Of a stretch of 60,286 nt of DNA, positions 39,559 to 47,878 are shown one piece after another. The translations under genes were made by a program, and so were the position numbers. Location: the NCBI GenBank assembly GCA_965369865.1, contig CBDURU010000007.1, forward strand, positions 1-60,286, read 5' to 3'. This DNA comes from an uncultured bacterium. Lineage in GTDB: Bacteria; JAJVIF01; JAPKYR01. Below the pieces are notes generated by a model that was not told where the DNA came from, did no database searches, and was given only the letters and a program-made list of their open reading frames with translations. The stretch's first letter is position 1, and every line of letters begins with the position of its first letter.

Positions 39559-40375
39559 GCAGGGTGCCGCCCACAAGCGCTCTTCAATTCTCTATCATGA
39601 AACTTAACAGCAGAAATTTTCCATCATGTACTTCATTTTTTTTCAGAGTTAAGCTTGTGGGTGAAATAATCTGAAGATCTACGATATAATCCAATTACGA
39701 TGTCCGGTTCTCAATTAAAATACAAACATTTCAATATTCCAGGACATGTACATGAACTTACATTTTCATGTTACAAACGACAGCCGCTCTTAAACTTAGA
39801 CCGAGCATATCAATACCTTGTCCCGGCTATTAACATAGCAAGGGCCAAACACCGATTCGCACTCATGGCGTATGTATTTATGCCAGAACACATTCACCTT
39901 CTCCTATTTCCGAAAGGTGAAACCTATTCAATTTCAAGTATTTTGAAATCAATCAAACAATCATCATCTAGGAGGATTATTAACCATATTAGAGAGAAAA
40001 ACCCCAGCGCAATGAAAATGATGCAAACCGGTTTGAAACAACCGAAATTCAGATTTTGGCAGGACGGCGGTGGTTATGACAGAAATTATTGGTCAACGGA
40101 CGAAATCTGGAATCAGGTAAATTATATCCACAATAATCCTGTTAGAAGAGAACTTGTTGATTGTGTAACAGATTGGAAATGGTCCAGTGCTAAGGATTGG
40201 ATACTTGATGTGGATGGGCCGTTAAAGATCGACAAAAATATGGTGGGGTGAAATTTCAAGCGATCGATTCACCCACAAGCTCATTTGGTTATTCTTGATA
40301 AAATAGAGCTAAGATACTTAAGGAAAATTCGAGCTCTAACTCAACTCTGTCAATCGCTTGTGGGCGGCACCCTGC
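39559..40375. mobile_element. REPtron-like locus: RAYT gene flanked by inverted REP hairpins
   Basis: Perfect 21-bp outer IR GCAGGGTGCCGCCCACAAGCG (39559-39579 / 40355-40375) and 14-bp inner IR AGCTTGTGGGTGAA (39652-39665 / 40268-40281); AT-richer than its neighbours. Confidence 0.85.
39700..40251 (+). CDS. REP-associated tyrosine transposase (RAYT, HUH Y1 family)
   Basis: H.LTFSC, AYVFMPEHIHLL (HUH), FWQ.G.YD, YIHNNPVR, W.WSS. Confidence 0.92.
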   Translation: MSGSQLKYKHFNIPGHVHELTFSCYKRQPLLNLDRAYQYLVPAINIARAKHRFALMAYVFMPEHIHLLLFPKGETYSISSILKSIKQSSSRRIINHIREKNPSAMKMMQTGLKQPKFRFWQDGGGYDRNYWSTDEIWNQVNYIHNNPVRRELVDCVTDWKWSSAKDWILDVDGPLKIDKNMVG

Positions 40376-40437
40376 TCTGATTTAAATTAAGTGCTGCAAA
40401 ATAAGTTATGCTTGTACTAAAAATATTAATTTGATCC

Positions 40438-41568
40438 GTGCAACAGGAATTAATGACATACAAAAATCGTCCGCTGCGGATTGCATTCGCTGCCGATGCC
40501 CGTAATGTCCATACGCATAAATGGGTGGAGTATTTCCTCGACCGGGGTTGTGAGATCAGGATTATCAGCTACCGCGAATGGAGTATCCCGGGGGTCGATG
40601 TTTATGTCCATTCGATTCCCCCGCGAGGTCTGATGGCCATCCCTCCGTTCAGGCAGGTATATACGGCATCCGACTATGCCCGCGTGCGTTCGATCCTTGG
40701 ATGGGCCGATATTGTAAACGTACAGTTCATCTACCGCTTCAGGTTCAACATGGTTTATAAAGGTCTTCCGAGACTCATTGTAAGCGCTTGGGGGTCGGAT
40801 ATTCTTGGAGTGTTCGGGGTGGAAGAGACGAAAGAAGAAGCCTACTGGAAAAGTTACGTGCTTAAAGAAGCGACCGAACTTGTCGCGCTCTCGAATTATC
40901 TTGCTGACGCGATGAAGAGGTACATCCCGACAGAGAAGGTAATTCACATAATTCCTTTTTCTGTCGATATGGAAAAATTCGACCCGTCGAAATATCCAAA
41001 GAAGCATGAGTCCGATAAAGTTTTCAGGATAGGATTTGTAAAAGGGCTCAGGAAAATCTATGGACCTGACACCCTCATCGAAACGACCAGGGTCCTGAGA
41101 GACAGGGGATACAACATCCGGACCCTTCTGGCCGGGGATGGAGAGGACGCCGAGGATCTCAGGAGCCTTGCCAGAGAAAAGGGGGTGCACCGGATCGTGG
41201 ATTTCCTGGGACGAATTCCGAATGACGAGGTTCCGGCGTTTCTCGCGGGGCTTGATGTATCGTGCATGCCTTCAAGATCGGAATCGCTTGGGGTTGCTGC
41301 GATTGAGTCGGAGGCTATGGAGATCCCGGTGGTTGCATCGAACGTTGGTGGAATCCCGGAAGCGGTCCAGGATGGCATAACCGGGATCCTGGTACCTCCC
41401 AATGACCCGATAGCATTGGCGGATGGAATCGCGGCACTCCTTGATGATCCAGGTAAAAGACATGCCATGGGAAAGGCGGGCCGTGAGTACGTCAAGGACC
41501 GTTTTGACTGGTTAAAGAATGCGGGGAAACTTGCCGACCTGTTCGAGTCGCTGCTCAATGAGAAATAA
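40438..41568 (+). CDS. GT4 family glycosyltransferase
   Basis: WGSD, PSRSESLGVAAIE, PVVASNVGGIPE, TGILVPP. Confidence 0.92.
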   Translation: MQQELMTYKNRPLRIAFAADARNVHTHKWVEYFLDRGCEIRIISYREWSIPGVDVYVHSIPPRGLMAIPPFRQVYTASDYARVRSILGWADIVNVQFIYRFRFNMVYKGLPRLIVSAWGSDILGVFGVEETKEEAYWKSYVLKEATELVALSNYLADAMKRYIPTEKVIHIIPFSVDMEKFDPSKYPKKHESDKVFRIGFVKGLRKIYGPDTLIETTRVLRDRGYNIRTLLAGDGEDAEDLRSLAREKGVHRIVDFLGRIPNDEVPAFLAGLDVSCMPSRSESLGVAAIESEAMEIPVVASNVGGIPEAVQDGITGILVPPNDPIALADGIAALLDDPGKRHAMGKAGREYVKDRFDWLKNAGKLADLFESLLNEK

Positions 41569-41618
41569 AAATATGGGCGGAGTCGATATTGAATAATTTC
41601 CAACCCGGACGGGCTACT

Positions 41619-42491
41619 TCACTTAGCGGCGCGGTACTCAATAACTAATTGTTCGATAAAATTCTCAAAGAACTGCAGTTGGCTGTTAAATTCCAGAATC
41701 GCAAACTTATATGCCTTTTCGGAAAGATCGTAAAATTCAGAGCATGCGTCCGCTGACTCTTCATAGCCCTTCTCAAAGAAAAATCCCTCATCAGAAAGTT
41801 GGCTGAGTATATTTGCCGCTGCGGTTACCCTTGCGAAATCGGCAAAACCGTCTGCGGCATCAGGATCGTGATGGTAACCGATTGCGGCAATCAGGTTGGG
41901 CGGAAAATTCCATTTAATTGCGATCTCTCTGCCAATTTCAGCATGATTGGTCAGAAAGAGGTTCTTTTCCGCTTGATAGTACGTCAGTCCTTTTGAGATC
42001 TGCTCATGGAGTACAGCCTGGGTTTCACGAATGAAGTTCTGGATAAAAACGACCTTGCCAATATCATGAAGGAGCCCGGCAAGCGACTGGCTTTTCGCAT
42101 CCGGGAGTCGATCGGTGACCGCAATTGCCTGGGCAACGACCCCGGTCGCAAACGAGTGAAGCCAGAATTTTTTCAGGTCGGGCTCAAAGATCGCATCCAT
42201 TTGAAATAAGGAAACACTCATAACGAGATTCCGAACCATGGTGAAACCCAGCATCGGAATAGCTCTTGATAGAGTGCTTATCTGGCTGGGAAGACCGTAT
42301 GAAGCTGAATTGACAAGCCTGATCAGCTTCGCTGAAACCGCAATATCGTTGTTGATCGCCCTTTCCAGATCCTCTGCCGATGATTCAGGGTCATTCACCA
42401 CTTCATTTACCTTGAATAGGACATCGGGGAGGCCCGGAATATCATTTACATGGACCATTACTTGTTCTAATAGCAATTCGGGTGGCGTCAT
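41619..42491 (-). CDS. HDOD domain protein
   Basis: KLIRLVNSASYG, FWLHS, AGLLHDIGK, HAEIG..W.FP, YHH.P. Confidence 0.92.
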   Translation of the reverse strand: MTPPELLLEQVMVHVNDIPGLPDVLFKVNEVVNDPESSAEDLERAINNDIAVSAKLIRLVNSASYGLPSQISTLSRAIPMLGFTMVRNLVMSVSLFQMDAIFEPDLKKFWLHSFATGVVAQAIAVTDRLPDAKSQSLAGLLHDIGKVVFIQNFIRETQAVLHEQISKGLTYYQAEKNLFLTNHAEIGREIAIKWNFPPNLIAAIGYHHDPDAADGFADFARVTAAANILSQLSDEGFFFEKGYEESADACSEFYDLSEKAYKFAILEFNSQLQFFENFIEQLVIEYRAAK

Positions 42492-42596
42492 ATTAGTTCC
42501 TATTCGAAATAATTTGGTAATATAATATCCAAGGCATAGTCTTAAAATTTAACAACCAAAATCGCATATCATTACGAAAATAGCTACTTATTAATA

Positions 42597-42642
42597 GCAG
42601 ACTGGAAATCTGCGGTACTGCAGCCGGGACGGCCGCGCTACG
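42597..42642 (-). repeat. 46-bp tandem double-hairpin REP-like element
   Basis: hairpin-GGTAC-hairpin-CTACG; same architecture and length as 55310-55355. Confidence 0.6.
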
Positions 42643-42719
42643 ATTTGGTGCCGGGACGGCGTTGAAAAGCAGGTGATGATAAAAGTGCCTTCAGGTTTGT
42701 TATCAGCCTATTATCAAAA

Positions 42720-43463
42720 CTATTCAATCCTGTCACGTTTCTCGAGAATTGCATCCAGAAGTCGGTAATTATTACTCTCAGTGGGCATCACGAACCATAT
42801 CTCAGGTTCATCCGTGCTGTCAGGTATTATTGAATATCGCTTCGATATCAACCTTGAGAAGGGATTTTTTAAATCGTAAGTTCTGAGGAAAGCAGGAGGG
42901 TAGGAAAAATCAAATGTCTCAATTACAGTGCTATTAGGCTTAAGGAGCATTTTATCCAAAATCAGGAGTGTGGAAATAGTGGTAAGGATGAATCCACGGT
43001 GAGATGTCAACACCAGGAAACCACATGACATAGGTTTGTGCAATCTCGCGAATGGACTCTGGTTAGACACTAAAACCGAAACCAGGACTTTTTCGTCATC
43101 AGCCATATATTTTTCCAGAATCAATGGGATCCTGTAATAGAGTTTATTTATTTGGATTGAAGTTAATTCAATGTTCTCTGAGAGTAGCCAGAAATACAGA
43201 AGTATTAGCTGCACTATAATAATTAAAAAAACGGTGAAGACCGAAAATAAATCTTGCTCAAAATCCCCAGCTGTGAACGTTATTACAATAATCCAACCGA
43301 ACCAAATAAAAATTAGCAAAATTCTCAAGAAATGAAGCATAAAGATTAAGCTCTGCTCGGGACTTGCCCTGTCGTACCCTTTGGTGAGTTCGATGCATCT
43401 CTCAAACCCTTCAGGAAGTTGAGGTGAATTTCTACTCGATTGATTTTGGTTTTCAGTGTCCAC
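42720..43463 (-). CDS. Hypothetical membrane protein (AT-rich gene)
   Basis: AGGAGG RBS + GTG, two TM helices, soluble C-terminal region. Confidence 0.7.
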   Translation of the reverse strand: MDTENQNQSSRNSPQLPEGFERCIELTKGYDRASPEQSLIFMLHFLRILLIFIWFGWIIVITFTAGDFEQDLFSVFTVFLIIIVQLILLYFWLLSENIELTSIQINKLYYRIPLILEKYMADDEKVLVSVLVSNQSPFARLHKPMSCGFLVLTSHRGFILTTISTLLILDKMLLKPNSTVIETFDFSYPPAFLRTYDLKNPFSRLISKRYSIIPDSTDEPEIWFVMPTESNNYRLLDAILEKRDRIE

Positions 43464-43523
43464 AATTGACCTCCTGACTGACGAATCAATCTTAACATAA
43501 TCCTTAAAGTCCGTATTATTTAT

Positions 43524-43549
43524 GGTGCGGAGCTGGAGCTCCGCGCACC
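43524..43549. repeat. REP-like palindrome, copy of 2884-2901
   Basis: GGTGCGGAGCTGGAGCTCCGCGCACC. Confidence 0.7.
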
Positions 43550-43572
43550 TGTATCAACCAATATAAATCACT

Positions 43573-44787
43573 TCAATGTATATATCCCAGGCTTCTTAAC
43601 TTTTCGCGGGTTTCCTCATCGATTTCGACAAGCGATGGTTTCGCGCCATAATCGAGACGCACACGGTTTTCGCCATCGAATTCAGATAGGAGGAACATGT
43701 CCTCGTGCTGAGTACCGACACTTAGAAGCGTGTCGCGATGTTCTTCAGTATCGCCAATGATCAGAGGCAGCAGGCTTATCCCATCGATATCTTCAGGTAT
43801 TTCAATTCCAAGAAGGTCCATGACCGTTGGCAGGATGTCGGTAATCTCGCAAAGCGCATTGATTCTTGTACCCGCGGCAAGGTCATTCGGGAAATGGAAA
43901 AATAATGGTATCTGGAGTTCGACATCTAAATCCCGTAAATGGCCAAAGAAATGTCCCTCGCCAAGGCTTTCTCCATGATCGGCTGTGACAATAATCAGTG
44001 AATTTTCGAAATAACCTTTCTCCTCGAAAAAATCGAACAGTTCGACAAGCTGGTTATCGAGCCAGCGGATCTCGGCATCGTAACGGTCGATCGCGTGACG
44101 AAGGTCGGCCTGGCTTAAAGGTAATTCATCTTTATTATATGCAACGAATGTCTCAACCTCGCCGTCCATTTGTCCGACAAAATATGGCTCAGCAAATTGA
44201 TCGAGCACTTCAGGGTCGGGATCGTAAGGCTGGTGCGGTTCCCAGAAATGAACGAGTAGAAAAAACGGCTCGGTTTCATCCTGAAGGCCGGTAATGACAG
44301 CATCGATTTCCTCCGGCGCCATGCGTGGGAGTTCTTCAGCCATATCATATGTGTCGAAACCCCGTCCGATTCCATAACGGGCCGCAAGAATATCCGTGGT
44401 TGGATAGCCGTACGTGTTGAATCCTGCGTCCTGGAAATCCTCGACAAGAGAGTGAAGTGATTCAGGTAGCGGCCATGCGTTCTGATAAATATTTGTTTTA
44501 GTCGGATGAATGCCGGTAAACATAGATGCGAACGAAGGTAATGTAAGCGATCTGGGTGTCCACATGTTATCGAAAATGATCGAGCGTTCCGCCAGTTCAT
44601 CGAGGAATGGCGACGTTTCCCGCTCGTAGCCCATGAAGCCGAGATGGTTGGCGCGGAGGGTATCGACGACGATGAGGATTACGTTATCGATATTTTGGGC
44701 GAAGCTGTGGGTCTGACCGGTCGGAACGCATCCGAATATTAATGAAACGATGAGGGGGATAATTATTATGTAACGTAATGGACGCAT
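43573..44787 (-). CDS. Sulfatase-like (alkaline phosphatase superfamily) lipoprotein with Thr at the nucleophile position
   Basis: Lipobox IFGC, VDTLRA, TLPSFASMFTG, EPH.PY, ADHGE, DILPT, C-terminal LRSLGY. Confidence 0.88.
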   Translation of the reverse strand: MRPLRYIIIIPLIVSLIFGCVPTGQTHSFAQNIDNVILIVVDTLRANHLGFMGYERETSPFLDELAERSIIFDNMWTPRSLTLPSFASMFTGIHPTKTNIYQNAWPLPESLHSLVEDFQDAGFNTYGYPTTDILAARYGIGRGFDTYDMAEELPRMAPEEIDAVITGLQDETEPFFLLVHFWEPHQPYDPDPEVLDQFAEPYFVGQMDGEVETFVAYNKDELPLSQADLRHAIDRYDAEIRWLDNQLVELFDFFEEKGYFENSLIIVTADHGESLGEGHFFGHLRDLDVELQIPLFFHFPNDLAAGTRINALCEITDILPTVMDLLGIEIPEDIDGISLLPLIIGDTEEHRDTLLSVGTQHEDMFLLSEFDGENRVRLDYGAKPSLVEIDEETREKLRSLGYIH

Positions 44788-44852
44788 GTGATTGATTATT
44801 TGTATTCGATGATTATTTTACAATGGGTAGATTGGTGCAGGTTCCTCGATAA

Positions 44853-47138
44853 CTATTCCTCACTCTCCTCCTCTTCCTCTTCTGGTGGGTCGAGCCAGGT
44901 TACGTCCGGGATGTCGGTGCCTTCATCATCGAGGTCCCAGAAGATACCGAAGTTGTTAAATCCATAGCGTTCGTGGTCGGGTCCGAACCACTCGAGGCGA
45001 AGGTTGTTTCCAACACGCTCATGCGGCTCGAAGGTATGAATTACTTCGGCTTCATCTCCCTCACCGATTGTTTCTTTAACCCAGTCTTCGTAAATGTCGT
45101 CGCCATGGGAGTCGATGAATAATCCGATTGAATTACAGTACTGGTAAAACGGGCTGGTTGGGTGTGGTTCGTCATAGCCGCGGAAATCGACGCCGCCAAG
45201 CCCGATTGAGCCGCGTCCAAGCACGTAATGATCGTCACCATCGAGATCGAAGAAAAATACGTTTGAACGTATTTCCGAACAGGCTATCGAAATGATATCC
45301 GACTTGTAGTAATCATCGCCTTCTTTATCGACGAGCAGGTTGATGGAGAAGTCCCATCCGAAAGATAGTGCAGCTCCAGCGTTTCCGAAAAGATCGTGTA
45401 CGTCATCGCCGGCTTCATCGATTATCGCCCCGATGCAATAATGCGCCCCGGAGGCCTGTGTGAAATAAACCGATTTATAAAGATCGTCTCCATCCTTGTC
45501 ATACATAAGGCCGGTACCGAACCAGTAGCCTGTTCCGAGCGAAAAATTCCCCGCTTCATAAGTGTCGTTACCGTGGATGTCGACGATAAATCCAAGCCCG
45601 CCGGCCCATGAATGACCGTCGGTGCCATCGCCTCTTCTGCCCGATCCTACTCCCTGTGCATTGGAGACATTAATATCGAATGCGCTGTGATAATCGCCGC
45701 GATTCACGACACTCGCGTACGGTTCAGCGTAGTAGTGTTCATCCCCAGCCCAGTTCGCTATTACCCCGACCCCGTTGCAGCCGCCGAACCCCTGTCCTTC
45801 GCCATGAAGCCTGTACACATCATCGCCTTCACCGGAATCGAAAGCGAGTCCGTGGCCGAAAAAACCCGCTCCCTGTCCGGATACTTCCATTGTGTACACA
45901 TCGGCGCCATCGCCGTCGTAAATCACACCGGTGCCGAAGAATCCCGCTCCCTGGGCCAGTTGTTTTGAAGTGTATGTATCATCGCCCCAGGCATCGTATA
46001 AAACCCCGCAGCCAAGGACACCGGCTCCCTGGCTCGGGCAGGTTGTTGAATCGTATTCGTAAACATCATCGCCCGAAAGATCGAGGCACAGGCTGATGCC
46101 GATATCCGGACGGGTTGTCGCGCCTACCGGACCTCGATAAATGTCATCCCCGCCAAGGTCGATCAGGACGAAATAATCATCGTATTCGTGATAATCCCTG
46201 CCATCACCCTCGATGACAATCCTTCCGTATGGTGTCATGGTTTCGAAACTGAAATATTTTGCGATCGGGTTCTCCTCGATGTATTTTTCAAGGGCGTAGC
46301 GGCAATCCTCGGTCGCCTGTGCGAGTTTCATCGCCGCGTATGCCATCGACTGCTCATCAATCAGCATAGCGACATCGTCCACCTGCCCGTAGTAAATAAT
46401 CCCGTCGCCCTGTGTCTGGGCAAAATCATGGATATAAAAAATGTCGTTCATCAGTTCATCGGAAATCCTTCGCACTGCGGTATCTCGCCACATTCTGGCG
46501 TCGAGAGCGTTCAGGATACATTCGGCGATTATTAATTGGAAATCCTTATTCGCGTGCTCGAGCTGGTCGATAATATCCGTTTCGGCGTTTGGCCAGTCCG
46601 GGGGGGAACCGAACGACATCCTTAAAAGCTGATCTCCCGCCGATATGTAAATACGCCGGATAGCATCCAGAATTGGCTCTTCCGTGTCGGCACGTGGAAG
46701 GTTGTTGACCGAATACGACCTGAAACCGTCCACACGACGTTCTATCGCCAGCAGTGCTATAAGCTGGTGGAGCCTGTCCGGGGACTGGATACCATCTCTC
46801 CGATTTTCAAATGCCATCTCAGGGTCGAGGAAACGTTCTACGCCGTTACCCATTGTCCGCGTGTAGTCATAAACCCGCAACGGCTCGTTGAAGAGGGAAT
46901 CGAAAAACGGGAGAATGTACGGGACACGGGGATAGCGGGTCCAGTAACCTTCGGGACGATAGCCGAGATCGGCGCGTGTCCAACCGATTGAGTCAAGTGC
47001 TTCACCAAGCAGATCACGTTCGTCGGTGGTCCAGGTCGGCACGTTTTGAGCTCTGGCAGGATTAGGGTAAGCAAGTATTACGACCATAAATGCAAGGACA
47101 CTTATTATGATGGATAGTGGCAGGTGGATGCGTTGCAT
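44853..47138 (-). CDS. Secreted protein with ~12 D-x-x-G-[DN]-D-x-Y repeats (putative Ca-binding beta-solenoid)
   Basis: AGGAGG RBS, signal peptide ending ARA|Q, repeated DxxGDDxY/QGAG units, poly-Glu tail. Confidence 0.8.
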   Translation of the reverse strand: MQRIHLPLSIIISVLAFMVVILAYPNPARAQNVPTWTTDERDLLGEALDSIGWTRADLGYRPEGYWTRYPRVPYILPFFDSLFNEPLRVYDYTRTMGNGVERFLDPEMAFENRRDGIQSPDRLHQLIALLAIERRVDGFRSYSVNNLPRADTEEPILDAIRRIYISAGDQLLRMSFGSPPDWPNAETDIIDQLEHANKDFQLIIAECILNALDARMWRDTAVRRISDELMNDIFYIHDFAQTQGDGIIYYGQVDDVAMLIDEQSMAYAAMKLAQATEDCRYALEKYIEENPIAKYFSFETMTPYGRIVIEGDGRDYHEYDDYFVLIDLGGDDIYRGPVGATTRPDIGISLCLDLSGDDVYEYDSTTCPSQGAGVLGCGVLYDAWGDDTYTSKQLAQGAGFFGTGVIYDGDGADVYTMEVSGQGAGFFGHGLAFDSGEGDDVYRLHGEGQGFGGCNGVGVIANWAGDEHYYAEPYASVVNRGDYHSAFDINVSNAQGVGSGRRGDGTDGHSWAGGLGFIVDIHGNDTYEAGNFSLGTGYWFGTGLMYDKDGDDLYKSVYFTQASGAHYCIGAIIDEAGDDVHDLFGNAGAALSFGWDFSINLLVDKEGDDYYKSDIISIACSEIRSNVFFFDLDGDDHYVLGRGSIGLGGVDFRGYDEPHPTSPFYQYCNSIGLFIDSHGDDIYEDWVKETIGEGDEAEVIHTFEPHERVGNNLRLEWFGPDHERYGFNNFGIFWDLDDEGTDIPDVTWLDPPEEEEEESEE

Positions 47139-47878
47139 GTCGAACCTCCTGGCAGTTCGGGAAATTAGTATGAATATCTCATTGGAAAGATTGCGAAAAT
47201 CGGATTTTAGCATGCGAGCATAGGGAGTTCTAGGAATGTTTTTGGAAATCTGCACAAATCAGGCTTAAAAGTAATAAAAGGTAAAAAATATGGAAAAAAA
47301 TTATTTTTTTAAATGGCAAAGTAGAGTTCTATGAGGTTACCAATTCCTGTTGCATAAATCTGCAATTGCTCAAGGTTTGTACAAGTTTGATATTCTGAAC
47401 CGCCACATCCCGAATTGCCATTCAGGATTCCTAAAAACTTGACACTTCACCTTCGTTGTGATATTCAAGAACCACAGTTTTAAACAGGTTGAGAGCGGGA
47501 AATATGGGGGAATTTTTTGGCCTCTCCTGAAAATCTGAGGAACCGGAAATAACAGGAAGCGCAGGGTCGGGACGATCAGGTCTTGCATTAATGAAGATGG
47601 AAGGGGCCAGGGGTTTAGAGGTCATTACCTTCACATCACTGCCCTGAAATGGGAACCTGAGTCCATCTATATGTCCTAACCCGAGTTTCAATTCATAACT
47701 GAAATCCGGGTGCTGAATGGTCTGTATAATGAGCGTTATACGATTTTTTACGTTGTACGAATAGCGCTGAGAGATGATTCTCCCGTTTTTGGGGAAAATT
47801 GTATAAGTTTATAGTAGAAAAGTTAAGCGAATGTTATAGTTTTACACATCAGGTCTTAAGATAATCAAGGAGCTCAGA

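Noticed and set aside
39700..40437. IS200/IS605 element with TnpB/IscB and guide RNA
   Set aside because: No RuvC/HNH ORF adjacent; protein motifs and flanking inverted REPs fit a RAYT.
47256..47878. Cobalamin riboswitch, NrdR boxes, or ORFs 47370-47588 and 47431-47691 upstream of nrdJ
   Set aside because: Conserved B12-element motifs are not present in order, no convincing NrdR palindrome, and the ORFs lack RBS and protein-like features.
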